This document shows positions 34,791-46,880 of a stretch of DNA of 64,000 bases, piece by piece. The number at the start of each line of letters is the position of its first letter. The first letter of the stretch is position 1. Both the position numbers and the translations under genes were made by a program. The notes beneath the pieces were generated by a model. It worked only from the letters and a program-made list of their open reading frames with translations. It searched no databases and was not told where the DNA came from. Location of the stretch: the NCBI RefSeq assembly GCF_011745625.1, contig NW_027191465.1:496001-560000 (forward strand), given 5' to 3'. This DNA is from Cladosporium halotolerans. Its lineage: Eukaryota.

Positions 34791-35375
34791 TTTGTGTGAA
34801 ATCCCGGTATGTGTAATGTCCCCGGTCGTGTGTGTAGTCGATTTTGGGGAGTGGCCGAGCGAGTGAGGTTAAAAGAAGATTAGGCGTAAATGGTCGCGGG
34901 CGGTATGAGTGGGCGGGCTGCGCAGTGCGCCGGCCAGTTTTTGGCGGGGCTGCTGCGATTTGGGCTCCCACCCTGCCCCAAATTTTCGCGTCCTCAGGCT
35001 TGCACTCTGGTTTGGGCTGTGACGATGATTGGCTCGTGCTCACGTCCGCATGCGTTAAACGTATGAGGACCATCTCCATCAAATGCAGAGGCATACACAT
35101 TACGAAAGATATATACATCCAGCTTCTTTGTAACTTTCAAGACCTTGGATCGTAGTCTTCATCCCGGAAATCAACAACACGCCTGCCTCTCTTCTTCCAT
35201 CTCCTCAAGGGGAAAGTTGTAGCGGTATCGACCATGCCTGCCTGAGGATAGGAAACCTTTACGTCCGGTTCTAGCGCGAGTGGACCGTTTGTGATGGCGG
35301 TCTCCTAATCAGTTGGTTCACTGTATCATTAAAAGGTGCGAATTTCGGATTCGCACGCCACCGACACACGCTGCC

Positions 35376-38240
35376 ATGGAGAACAGCGTTACTCAGGCAG
35401 CAGAATCGACAGTAGACGCCGCCGGCTCCTCATCAGGAGCGAGTAGCGTCTACGCTGACGACATGTCCATTGACTGGGACGCCATAATCAAGGAATATGA
35501 CGATGAATTTGATCAGGAAGTGGGTCACATTAGGCGCCTGATGCCCAGGTACGTGAAGCGCCGACTGAAGGGTGCCCGAATTGACTGACAAGAGTAAGAC
35601 TGGTCGGACAACTTGTGCTCGGGTGCGGTGACTCCAAGTGCAAGAAATCTCAGTGTGCCACTGGCGCGAGGAATGCTACAAGGGCACCGACTCGGAACTA
35701 TAGTCCACGATCCGCCAGGATTGTCGCCTTTGCCTTGCTCAGTCGACCAGACCCCGACGCTTACCTCTGCGAGTACTATGAGGCGCGGATGCAAAGTGAT
35801 TCAACAGAGTCTGGCGAAAGACCTGAGCCTGAAGAGGGCCCCAAAGATCCGACTTCTCTCACTCAGCTAATGGCAGACACCGATTGTTTCAAACGTCTAG
35901 CTAGGGGCGAGCATGTCGAGAGCTTGACCAGACAATCCGTCGACCCAATCTCTCTTCGAGTCGCAGCTATCACTAGAAAACTGCAAAAATACCACGAGCG
36001 ACCTTTCCTTGATGATCAGACAGTCAACCCCCGCTTCGCGAGGAATCAAGAAGTGGCGGATGTATTGGCAGCCGCTCTCAGTCTGTTTTACGACATGCTC
36101 CCAGATAATGACCATCCTTCCGACTGGCAGACACTTGCATATTACGTTAATCACGGCCGCGCCACGCCTTCGCAGGGTCATGAAGCAGGACCCGGTCTCG
36201 CTGACGTGGACGCTCTATTGCGCGCGTTCGACTCTGACCAAAATGTTCGCTTGTGCTCCGAAATCTGCAAGGTCGTCGCTCTTCGCACACAGGTGGAAGA
36301 CGTCATGGTCAAGCCCAGAAGACATTCTTTGGGCACTGGCGGACTCTTGACGTATGTTGCCAATCATGTGGACAAAATTGCGCGCGCCCGAACAGCAGAC
36401 AAGCTTTCGAAGAGAACGGATGAGACCACTCCATGGGTTCCATGGCCTTATCCGCTCTGGTTCAAAAAGGCATTCATCAGGGACTGGGATGGATCACCAA
36501 TCGTCAAGCGCGGCTCGATCGCGTGCGGTGCTCTAGAGCTTTTGGAGATGCAACAGTGGATATGGAATCGCTGGCATCCAACCCGGACATCAGATGCAAA
36601 CCTGTTGCCTTATGTCTTTAAAAAGATGAACTTGACCGAGGCCATGCGGAGCTGGGCAACACAAAACCCTCCGTTGACTACAATGTCAAGGCATCTGCTC
36701 TCGTTTCCTTTCCTCTTCACAGCGAGTCAAATTCTCTTGTACTTTCGAATGCAGAATCACTTGCGGATGAGGTATGTTCTACGCCTGTTTCCTTGGATGA
36801 TTACATGGTTGACTTAAATTGCTCCAGGGAAGCGAACAAGCAAGCTCATGTCCATGAGGACATTTTTGATCGCCATGTGGCGACCAGCGATGCTGCGAGT
36901 GTAGAATGGGATGCGCGCTCTACTGAGGTCCAGCACCTGCGCGACTTTTACCTACTAGTGACCATCCGGAGGGAAAGAATCATTCAAGACGCCTTTGATC
37001 AGCTCTGGCAGCGCCGCAAGTGCGAGCTGGTCAAGCCACTCAGGGTCCGTCTTGGAGAAATGGAAGGCCATGAGGTCGGTCAGGACTTGGGAGGTGTTCA
37101 AATTGAGTTTTTCAACTTGATATGTACTGCAATTTTTGCCGAGGACAACGGTAACGTGATCACATACTCGAAGGCCACAATTACACCGCTAACAATGAGC
37201 CAGGAATGTTCTCTACAGACGCCATCACAGGCCTTTCCACAATCCGCCCCGGCAGCTTACAGCCTCTCTACATGTTCGAGTTATTCGGCTTGATACTCGC
37301 CCTCGCCTTGCACAACGGCATACCAATCCCCGTCAACTTCCCCCTGGTCTTCTACAAACAACTCCTCAACCAACCCTACGGAAGTCTCGACGACCTCGAA
37401 GAAGCCTGGCCCACCGTCACCCGCTCACTCCGCGCCATCAACGAAGGCGCCCACGAAGGCCTTGACTGCGAATTCCCCCTCGAAGCCAACGGCCTCCGCA
37501 TAAGCGTCGACGAACACACCATCGCAGACCTCCAAAGCCAACTCGCTCTCCAGCAACACACCGACAAACCCCAGCCCTTCACCCTCCAAACAACCGAAAC
37601 AACCCCCCTCGCCAACCCCACCAGCAACCCCCCACCCTCCCCCCTCTCCTGGCCCGGCTGGACCGTCCTCCCCCCCTCCCCATCCACCCCTCCACCAACC
37701 CCTCTCACCCCCCAAAACACCCCCGCCTACACCCGCGACTACGCCCTCTGGCTCACCACCCTCTCCGTCCTCCCCCAACTCCTCGCCCTCACCCGCGGCC
37801 TCCACACCCTCCTCCCCCCCTCCACCCTCGCCCTCCATACCCCCTCCACCCTCCGCTCCACCCTCCAAGGAACCCCCCACCTCTCGCTCCCCGCCCTCCG
37901 CTCCGCAACCCACTACGAGCACTACGCCCCCAGCGACCCCTACATCGCCTCTTTCTGGCGGATCCTCGCGCGCTGGGACGAGAAGGACCAGCGGGCCTTG
38001 CTCAAATTCGTGACGGCGGCGGAGCGCATCCCGATCACGGGCGCGGGCGCGCTGACGTTCAAGATCGCGGGCGCGGAGCGGCTGTGGGGCGCGCGGGAGG
38101 AGGACGAGAACGAGCTGCTGCCGACGAGCTCGACGTGTTTTGGCACGCTTTATTTGCCAAGGTACAGGGATGAGGAGACGCTGGAAAGGAGGTTGAGGGT
38201 TGCGGTTGAGTTTGGGGGGGTGGGGTTTGGGGTTGCTTGA
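35376..38240 (+). CDS. HECT E3 ubiquitin ligase (HUL4/E6AP-like, N-terminal AZUL-like Cys cluster); exons 35376-35548, 35599-36771, 36828-37150, 37204-38240
   Basis: Motifs QLVLGCGDSKCKKSQC, EVGQDLGGVQIEFF, LLKFVTAAERIP and LPTSSTCFGTLYLPRY (catalytic Cys). Three in-phase introns. Confidence 0.88.
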
Positions 38241-38800
38241 GGCGGTGTTGGTGTTTGGGATCGAGCGTGGGTGCGGAGGGCAGGGGAGGAGGGCGTTGGA
38301 GGCGGAGGGTTGGGGGACGATGGCTGGGGCGGACGCGCGGGGGAGGATTGGAGCGTGAGGCGAGAAGATGAAGTGGACATGAGGTGAGAAAGATTCTGAG
38401 CCTTGCATACTATCTTTCATGATCAAAAAGTCAAAACAAATCAAACAAACAAGCGAGCGTGGTAGTGCGCCGCAGAGCGGGTTCCCGGGCCATCGTTTGG
38501 TACATTGCACGTAGCAAAGCAAAATCCCCCATCCAGTGGTAATAGTAGTAGTAGTAGAAAACTCCGATCACAAAAATTCATACTTGCCAACGGCACCAAT
38601 GGTTCGTTTCCCTTTTCGGAGTCATTTTCCGTTGTTCGCCGAATATCGCCGTTCCCGCGCTTCCCAATCTGCGTATTTTGTCGTATCGTTAAAAGGCCCG
38701 CCGCTTGCTACCTAGTAGCAGCGGCAACCATCTTGTCCCTGCAACAGCAGTGGCCACTCGAAATCGTCTACTCGCACAATGCAATCGGAAATCGCATCGC

Positions 38801-41275
38801 CTAAGACGACTTCTGCGAGCCACCCAGCTTCTTCAGCACGCGCTCCCAGCTGTCCTGCTCAAACAGGAGGTGGCCCTTGCCCTCCGGCTCAGGCGGACCC
38901 GCGTTGTCGCGCTCGTTCTCTTCCTTGGTGCGGCCGAGCTTCTTGAGGGCCTTGTCGACGTGGTCCTGGTCGACCATGACGCCGGACTCGGAGCAGCGGG
39001 CTTTGGCGCGGAGTTCGGAGCAGAGCCCGTCGAGGTCGAACTTGCCGTCTTGGAAGTCTTGGTTGGATTGCAGTTGGGACCTAGAAAGGTTGTTAGAAGC
39101 GAGCATCTGGAAGGAGAGTGGAGGAATTAGAGCGTACCATATGCTGTTGCAGCTGATGAGCTTGCCGGAGCTGTCCTTCTTCATGTTTGTAGGGGTGCTG
39201 GCTTGGCCGTTGTATTGCTGCTGTTGCTGTGACTGGATACCTTGTTGAGGCTGCGTGTTGGGCAGACCGTAGTCGTCGTCTCCGCCGTCTCTGGTCTTGT
39301 CGATTTCGGCCATGAGGTTGCGGCTCGGAGCCGGGGTTGACTGCTGGCTCGGCTGCGGCAGATTTTGCAGGATGCCGAAAAGATTGCTGGGCGAGGAGTA
39401 GTCAACGGGTCCTGTGTTGAGGGCATCGTCGAAGAAGCCTCCGCTGAAGTCATTGCTGAAGATGTTGTCTTGGCTGGTATCTCTGTAGTCTCCAAAGAGC
39501 ACAGGGTCGAAGGAGTCGAGCTGGGGCACGTTGTAGGTTGGGTTTGCATTGTTCATGTCGAAAGCACCAAGATTGTTGTTCGCATACTGAGAAGACATGA
39601 AAGCATTGTTCGTATTCGCGGTCGCATTCGCATTGTAGGTGTTCTGGAGATTCGTCTTGTCGTAGCTCTCGGCCGACTTGTCCTTGTTTTGCGGGCTCTC
39701 ATGGGAAGGCTCGGGCGATGTACCACAAGAACTATTTGTGGTACCGTTGGCATTCCACTGACTGAGAGAGCTCGCACTCGGCGAAGCACTGTCGCTGGTG
39801 TTGCTGGTGCTGTTGAAGCGGAAGACGCGGTTGTCTGGGATGCCAGCTGTCGTGTCGCCACCATTATTGTTGTTGTTCTGGCCATTCCGATTGTTGAAGT
39901 AACCATTGTTGGACTGATTGACCGTCTTAAGTATGCTGGGGCTGAAGAGGTCGCCGAAAGGATCATTTCCGTTGCCACCCATCTGAGGAAGAGTCGTGGC
40001 GAAGCCGTGCATGTTGTCGTTCGTGCTGTACGGGGCGAAGTTGTAGTTGACGGCTCCGTTTAGAGATGCGGAGTTGGCAGGGCTGCCAGTGTTCGAACCG
40101 TTGCTCTGCAAGCTGCTGGGACTCTGGCTGTTAATTTGGCTGTTGCTGTTGCTGTTGGCACGGTTGAGCATCGGCTGCTGAGCTTGTGTTCCGTATGCAA
40201 CATTGGCACCAGGTGACTGGTTTGGGACTGGAGGCGTGACGCTACCACGCTGGCTGTTGTCGGCGCTTCCGCTCTGAGAGCCATTGGGGAACATCTGGCT
40301 GCCTGGAAGGGCGCCAAACTTGGGAAAATCGAACTGGAAGTTGTTCTGATAGTTTATCGAGCCATTGCCGGCTCTAGAGTGCCCACCATAGGTCGATGAC
40401 GGTGGCGAGCCTCGACCGGTTGTGCCATTGAGGGAGAGGCGTTTTCGGTAATCCTTGAGCTCTGTCTGGAGACGGTCGACCTGAGCTTTCAGCAGGCCAT
40501 TCTCATGTTGATCGGCCTCACGAGCTTTGGCAAGCTCCTCCACTCTGGTCTCCAAGTCTTTCAAATGCTTCTCCTTGCGCTCTCGGAAAGCGCGCTGCGC
40601 AGCGCGATTTTGTGCTTTTCGCTTCTGCGTGGGCAGTCAGCAAGTGCAGGTTTACGGGGCAACTCTGGTCGATGAAAAATGAAGGAATCAAATTGTGAGA
40701 CGGGAAAGAGGCTCGGGTGCGCAGTGTAGTGCAAAAGAGGTACAGAGATGACATTGTTCGTGCAAAGAGTGCGATCTTACCGTCGTGGGCTCGTTTGTGA
40801 GAGGCTTCCTACCAGGCTTCTTCGAGCCCTTTTCACCCTCCTGCAACTCTTGACGCTTCGCATCGCCTTCTTCTGGCGATGCATTCTCATCGGGGCTTTT
40901 GCGCTTGTCGTGCTGCTCGGGCTGGCCGTTGGCATCTAGGCCGGGAAGCGCGCCGATCATCTCACCACCCAGATCGGCATTGTCAAAATCGAAGCTGGCG
41001 TCGCCGTCGAGGTAGTCGAGGTCGGGAGTGAAGTCGGTAATGAGAGCGTCCATGTTGGCTGGACTCTGGTACAAAGCGCCGCCGCTCATGGGTTTGGAGT
41101 CGCGTTGCACAGCAGCGGAGCTAGTGGGATTTGTAAGGCCGGTATCGCCGACTGAAGGGTTTGCGCGCGGTTTCTTTGTCGCTTGAGAGTTGAGAGCGGC
41201 GACGAGAAGGTCTTGCTGGTTGGGAGACAGATATGGGTTGAATTGCTGGGTCTGTTTGGGTGGCTGACTGGCCAT
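38801..41275 (-). CDS. YAP1: AP-1-like redox bZIP transcription factor; exons 41275-40781, 40624-39138, 39080-38801
   Basis: LSPNQQDLLVAALNS, bZIP KKPGRKP..T|KRKAQNRAAQRAFRERKEKHLKDLE, and c-CRD CNSIW|SQLQ..DLDGLCSELRAKARCSE. Confidence 0.96.
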
Positions 41276-41315
41276 TGACTGGTGGTGTGCGCTGCGCTCG
41301 AGATTGATGGACGGT

Positions 41316-41591
41316 CTACTCAGAGTGAGGTCATCAGCGCCGACGTTCGACTCCAGACTGATGAGCAGCGGGCTGGGGACGGCGATGATGTCAAAGGGTG
41401 GTGGTGGTAGGAAATTGAAACAAGTGAGAGTAGGACTGAGGATGTAAGACGAGCGAGATGGCCTCAGCCGCAGGCGGCGCAAGAACGCGACGGGGGTGTG
41501 TGCACTGTGTGGTGTGGTGTGAAGGCGGGGTCGGCGAGCCAGAGAGGAAAGGCGTGGGCGTGGGCGGAGGCGGACGAAGGCGGAAGCTCAC
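41316..41591 (-). other. Predicted 5' UTR intron of YAP1
   Basis: Minus-strand AAG|GTGAGC donor at 41591, GCTGAT branch, and TAG acceptor ending at 41316, 40 nt before the ATG. Confidence 0.55.
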
Positions 41592-43271
41592 CTTGCGAAT
41601 GCGCAGCCGTCTGGCACGTGTATGGCTCGCCTGGAGGGACGATTGGGGTCGGGACAGGCAGCGGCGGCGGTGGTATGATGGGAGCGTGGGTGGAGGTGGA
41701 GGAGGAGACGTCAGAGAGGAAGAGCGGCTACGACACGAAGTGAGCAGGCCGGGGCGCGGCGAGGAGGGTCTGCGGTCTGCGGGTTGGTGCACGCAAAGAT
41801 CCTGCAACGAGGGCAGGGCCTGAGGGCGCGGTGGAATGGCCCTCCGGCTAGAAGTCTGGCACGCGCGGTGATTGGAGAGGCAGCAGGGTGTTTCGTGGGG
41901 TTCTCGACCTTCAGCGTGGATTACCAATCCTCCCAGCCTGCTCTGAGACTAGAGACGTCGCCGGCCTTCCATCCGCGTCGGCCTGGCGCGGAAAGGCGAC
42001 TAGAAGCCGCTGGCCGGACCCTGCGCCGCGCTTTGTGCTCCCTTGCCCTCAAAGAGACCAATTGCGAGTCAGTTGCCTCGTCCTTGTTCGTCACCGCCTG
42101 TCTGGTGTGCGCAGTATAGGGTACAGTATGTACATTCGTATGTGCAGTAGAGCCTTATCATGCCGGTCTGATGTCCTTGGCTGCTTGACTTCAAGTACAA
42201 CGTAGGAGGAGCTGGTGGTAAACGCATGCCTCGCATGCCAGGCTCCGGGACCGAGAATCCGGGTTCAACAGTCCAGCATCCAATTGCAGACTTGAACTCA
42301 ATTCGAAGTGACAACACAACTTCAATCTCCCCTACCGAGCAGTGTACCAGTCTGTCTCCGAAGACATCATTCGCCCTAGAGAGGTCTTTCACCTGGAACC
42401 ACCGTCCCTCCCATGCTGTTGTCTGTGGAAGGCGCGCGAATTGGGTGGGAGAGGATTGAGGTATTCTTTGCCCGCTCTGATCGCTCTGTTCTACAGTTGT
42501 ATCGACATGTACAATGAACAGGATCATTAAGAACCAGATTGGCATCCAGAAAGCGATCTTTCGTCTGCATTCAGTGGCTCGTGTGGCTCGTGCTGGTGCG
42601 GCAGATGAGAAAATACAGGTAAACACTCCTTTCCTCGCTGACGTCTGTAGTACAGCGGATCGGAATAAAGTGGATTGGCGTTGTCTTTGTGTTCCATCTG
42701 AGGGATTGATCAAGAAAAGACAACGGTGTTTGTGGGTGTATTGGTCAATGCCATGTTGCGGCGGCGGACATCGTCCCGTGTTCGCAGTCTGATATACGAG
42801 CTGAAAGTATGTGGCGTCGCATGATCAGAGCCAGTATGGATAATGGGAGGCTCGAGTCTGAGGGTAATGATAAGAAGCTGTTTGGCTATTTCGATCATTT
42901 TGAGAACATCAAGGGTCAAGATGTATGATCGTCAGCTCCAAGATTGATAAGCAATTTCTGCTAATGAGCGAGAAGTGAGGTGCAAGCCACAAACTTTTGG
43001 TGAGAGGCATTCACGCGCCCCGCGTTTTGTTCGCCCTTCCGCGCGTGCCTTCCTCGTCGCATCACGAGCGTTGCTCACAACTTCGCAACGACACTCTTTC
43101 ATTCGATTCACACACCACCATCCTCCTGTCACTACATCTGCATCCTCACCGCGCGGCCGTGCTCCGCAAAACGCGCTCACCACAACAAGAACGCCGAGGC
43201 GAAAGGAAGAAGAAGCGTAACGTACTTGAATCAGCCTCTACTTCCACTTGTGTACGGCTACTAAAGTCACG

Positions 43272-44174
43272 ATGAGCCAAACCGCCAATCTCGACCAGCT
43301 TCAGGAGGAGCTGTCCTCCCACTACGAACTCCTCGCACAATATGACGAGCTCCTCACTCTCGCGCCAGACGACGCCGAAGTCCTGAGCGAGAGAGCCAAC
43401 GCCCAGTCCGAGATCGCAACCCTCGAAAAGCGCATCGCAGCCGCCAAACAACCCAGCAGCCAGGCCGACGCGACCCCTCCGCCGCCCAAATGGGATCCCA
43501 CAAAGCACCCTAAGTTCCGCAAGGCCTCGCCCGAGGCGCCGCCTCCCCCACCCCCCGCCGACGACACGCCCACCGTCTTCAACGCCAAAGACCTCGTGCT
43601 CGCCAAGTGGAGCGGCGACAAGCAATTCTATGAAGCGACCATCATCACCAAGACCGGCAGCTCCGCAGACCCGGTGTACACCGTCAGCTTCAAGATCGAC
43701 AACTCGACCGAGACGAAGCGCAAGCACGAGGTGCGCGCGATGCCCGGCAAGAAGCGCAAGGCGGACGCCGCAGCGCCCGCCGCGCCCTCGATCCCGCCGC
43801 CGCCTGCGCCGGCCGAGCCGGGCACCATCTCCGCGCCGCCCGTCATCGACAGGGCCGCCGCGCAGCGCAAGGAGCCCAGCATGGTCAGCGACGGGCCGAC
43901 GCGCATGCAGCCGGAGAAGAAGAAGCTGAAGGGCGGCAAGGTGATGGAGAACAAGAAGGCCAACTGGCAGAGTTTCATGCAGAACGGGCCGAAGAAGGCG
44001 AGCGCCGCTTCGGGGCTGTCGAAGCCGAAGCAGTCGATGTTCCGCACGCCGGATGCGCCGAACGCGAAGGTTGGGGTTGTTGGGTCTGGCGCGCCGATGC
44101 AGAAGGATCAAGGGAGGGCGAAGTGGGGAGGTGGAGGTGCTAATGGGCGCTGGGAGGGCGCTGAGGAGGATTGA
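43272..44174 (+). CDS. SPF30: Tudor-domain splicing factor SPF30/SMNDC1-like
   Basis: N-terminal coiled coil, Tudor-like VLAKWSGDKQFYEATI..YTVSF, and C-terminal KANWQSF..SMFRTPD..KVGVVGSG. Confidence 0.85.
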   Translation: MSQTANLDQLQEELSSHYELLAQYDELLTLAPDDAEVLSERANAQSEIATLEKRIAAAKQPSSQADATPPPPKWDPTKHPKFRKASPEAPPPPPPADDTPTVFNAKDLVLAKWSGDKQFYEATIITKTGSSADPVYTVSFKIDNSTETKRKHEVRAMPGKKRKADAAAPAAPSIPPPPAPAEPGTISAPPVIDRAAAQRKEPSMVSDGPTRMQPEKKKLKGGKVMENKKANWQSFMQNGPKKASAASGLSKPKQSMFRTPDAPNAKVGVVGSGAPMQKDQGRAKWGGGGANGRWEGAEED

Positions 44175-45609
44175 GGTGGGATAGGAGGATTGGAGCAAAC
44201 ACGACACTAATGATGAGGCTGTACGCGAGAGGTCGGTTTTACGGGGGTTGCAGTCCTCTGGGGAGTTGCAGTCCTCTCCAAGCGCTCAACCACCTGAGCA
44301 GCTGTATGCGGCAGTGCAGATACACTGGCGCTACCACGGGGACGGAGGTCATCTTATCCCTCGCCACGGGCACATGAGAAGTATCCATATATCCAGTTCT
44401 ATTCGAATACATGCTGAGTCAAACGCGCAGTTCTCGCTTCTTCTCCATGTGATGTCAGCTTGTTGTCTCGCGCGAGTATTAGCTGCATTCTCCCTCTTCT
44501 CTTCCTCTTGTCCGGCATTGTAGAGCTGGGTAGGAGGGCAGCACGAGTTTGCGTAGTGTATGAGGGGTAAATTGTAGTAGTTGTTGCTTCAAATGTGGTC
44601 CGTCATGGTCGATCACAACATTCGATAAGTTGTTGTAGCTTTTAACCGATATCAGCTACACGTTGCACACACGCTTTTTCCCAATGTAGGTCCATTTCTG
44701 AGTTCCTGGTGAATATGGTGGTAAGTCATGATCGATCGCAACGTACGAGATGTTAGTTCTTCGTCAGCCAGGATGGAGACGCAAGGCCGCAGTCATGTCG
44801 TACTCGGGGTCTCAAAGCACAGTGACCTACTCAAGTGGGGGCAATTGTAAAACGATCGAAATCAGCACCAGAATCACCTTCCCTCACATATCGGACGCTG
44901 TAGCATGTTTCTGAATTATTGGTCGTCTCACTGAATGTCAAAAGCTCATGACAAATTGTCGTTCACTGGTTGGCAATTGGGAAATATATCCCGTGAGACT
45001 CAGTTCACCACTACCCCAACGCTAACCCTTGTAAATCCATCGCTCGCGGTTTCCGACACCTCTAGCTCGCCTATCCACCGCGTGATATTTCCAATCTCGA
45101 TAAAGACCTGCAATCTATAGCTACGGGAAGAATCACGGTAAATGCTCGAACAAATAGCATTCAGCAATGTGTCTAGGTATGTCTCCCACTGTGGATCACT
45201 CCCACCACGACCCCGCGCACATCCCCCACATGGCTTCGTGGCTTCGTCTGCCGTTGCCCTAAGCCGCCTCCAATTCCGCTCTTGACCTCATCTCTTCTAC
45301 TACCGAACAGCCCCGCCCGAGGCTGGTCTTGGGGAGGAGGAGGCTCGTAAAGCAAAGGTAGGAGGTATTGTTTCCGCTGTTTCCTTTGTCTTCATTCCGC
45401 ACCCATCAACATAAAAAGGCGAGGTCTTCTTTGCTTTCGCACTCGGAAAGACACTCGCATCTTGTACACGACGCAATTGCTGTCTCGCTGAGTCTCTCGT
45501 GACGATCTCCTGTCTATAGCCTCGTCTTACACCACGGCGTATCTACATCTACCTGTCGTCGTTTAATCCAAAGAATCAACTCCACGCAACTCCTATCCCT
45601 CTCTTCACA

Positions 45610-46744
45610 ATGCCTCACGCCACAGAGTTCACCCCGAACGACTACCCTCCCTTCCCCAACGACCCCTCCCTGAAGACCGTCGAACTCCAAACCATCTCCT
45701 TGACCAAACTCCTCTCCGAAGATGCCTCCGAGCAAGACCGCGTCTTCGAAGCCTGCAAGACCCGAGGCTTCTTCTACCTCGAGCTCGCCGGGTGCGAGAG
45801 CGGCGAGACGATCCTCAAGGGTGCCGACGAGATCTGCGCCATGGCCGAGGAATTCTTTAAACTGCCCATGGAGCAAAAGGAGGAGCAAAGGATGAAAGAA
45901 GGGCAACTGGACGGGTAAGTCCTCCTCTTCCCCCCCGCCAACCCCATCCCTAAAGACATCACACTAAAACAGACCCAGCTACAAACGCGTCGGCGCCACC
46001 GTAACCGACTCCTCCGGAACAAAAGACACCGCCGAATTCTTCAACATCGCCAAAAACGACCTCACCCTCCCCGCCTCGCAGTCCGACAAAATGTCCCGTT
46101 CCTGGCCGCCCCTCATCATGTCCCACCAGCCGCTCCTCAACGCCTACATGCGCGCCGCGCACGCCACAGGCCTGCACATCCTGGCCCTCCTCGCGGCCCG
46201 CCTCGGCATCCAGCCCGAGGACATCACCTCGCGCCACCGCCTCGAGCACCGCTCCGGCGACCTCGTGCGCCTGACCCGCGGCCCGCCGCGCGCGGACCCC
46301 AAGATGCCCGAGATCCAGACGCCGTCGCACACGGACTTCGGCAGCATCACGGTGCTGATGAACTGGCTGGGCGGGCTGCAGGTGTGGAGCGAGAGCGCAC
46401 GCAAAGCTGGGCCGCTCGAGCCGGACTCCGAGGGCGAGTGGCTGTGGGTGAAGCCGAAGAGGGGGCATGCGGTGGTGAATCTGGGGGATGCGATGGTGAG
46501 GTTTACGAATGGCGCGGTGTGCTCGGGGAGGCATAGGGTCGTGCCGGCGCCGGGCGAGCAGGGGACTTGGCCGCGGTTTAGCGTGGTCTACTTTGTGAGG
46601 CCGGAGGATGAGTGTATTCTTGGGAGACTGGAGGGCGAAGGGGTGCCGCCTTTGCCAGAGGGGGAGGTGGATGAGGGCTTGACGGCGAGGGAGTGGATTA
46701 TGAGGCAGGCGAAGGGGTTGGGGACGCAGTTTACTGATAACTGA
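45610..46744 (+). CDS. 2-oxoglutarate/Fe(II) oxygenase (DIOX_N + 2OG-FeII_Oxy); exons 45610-45914, 45979-46744
   Basis: Motifs ACKTRGFFYL, EFFKLPMEQK, HTDFGSIT, GGLQV, NLGDAM, HRVV and RFSVVYFVRP. Intron 45915-45978. Confidence 0.92.
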
Positions 46745-46880
46745 GAAAGGGAGAACGGGATTGGATCATGGCGTTCGTTGTGTATTTTTTCTCTAGTATG
46801 CAGGGTATCTTGCTTTTTCCGTCCCATGATGTCGTGTATATGCCGTCGTATCTTTTATCTCTTCAGGCCCAGCAGACCCT

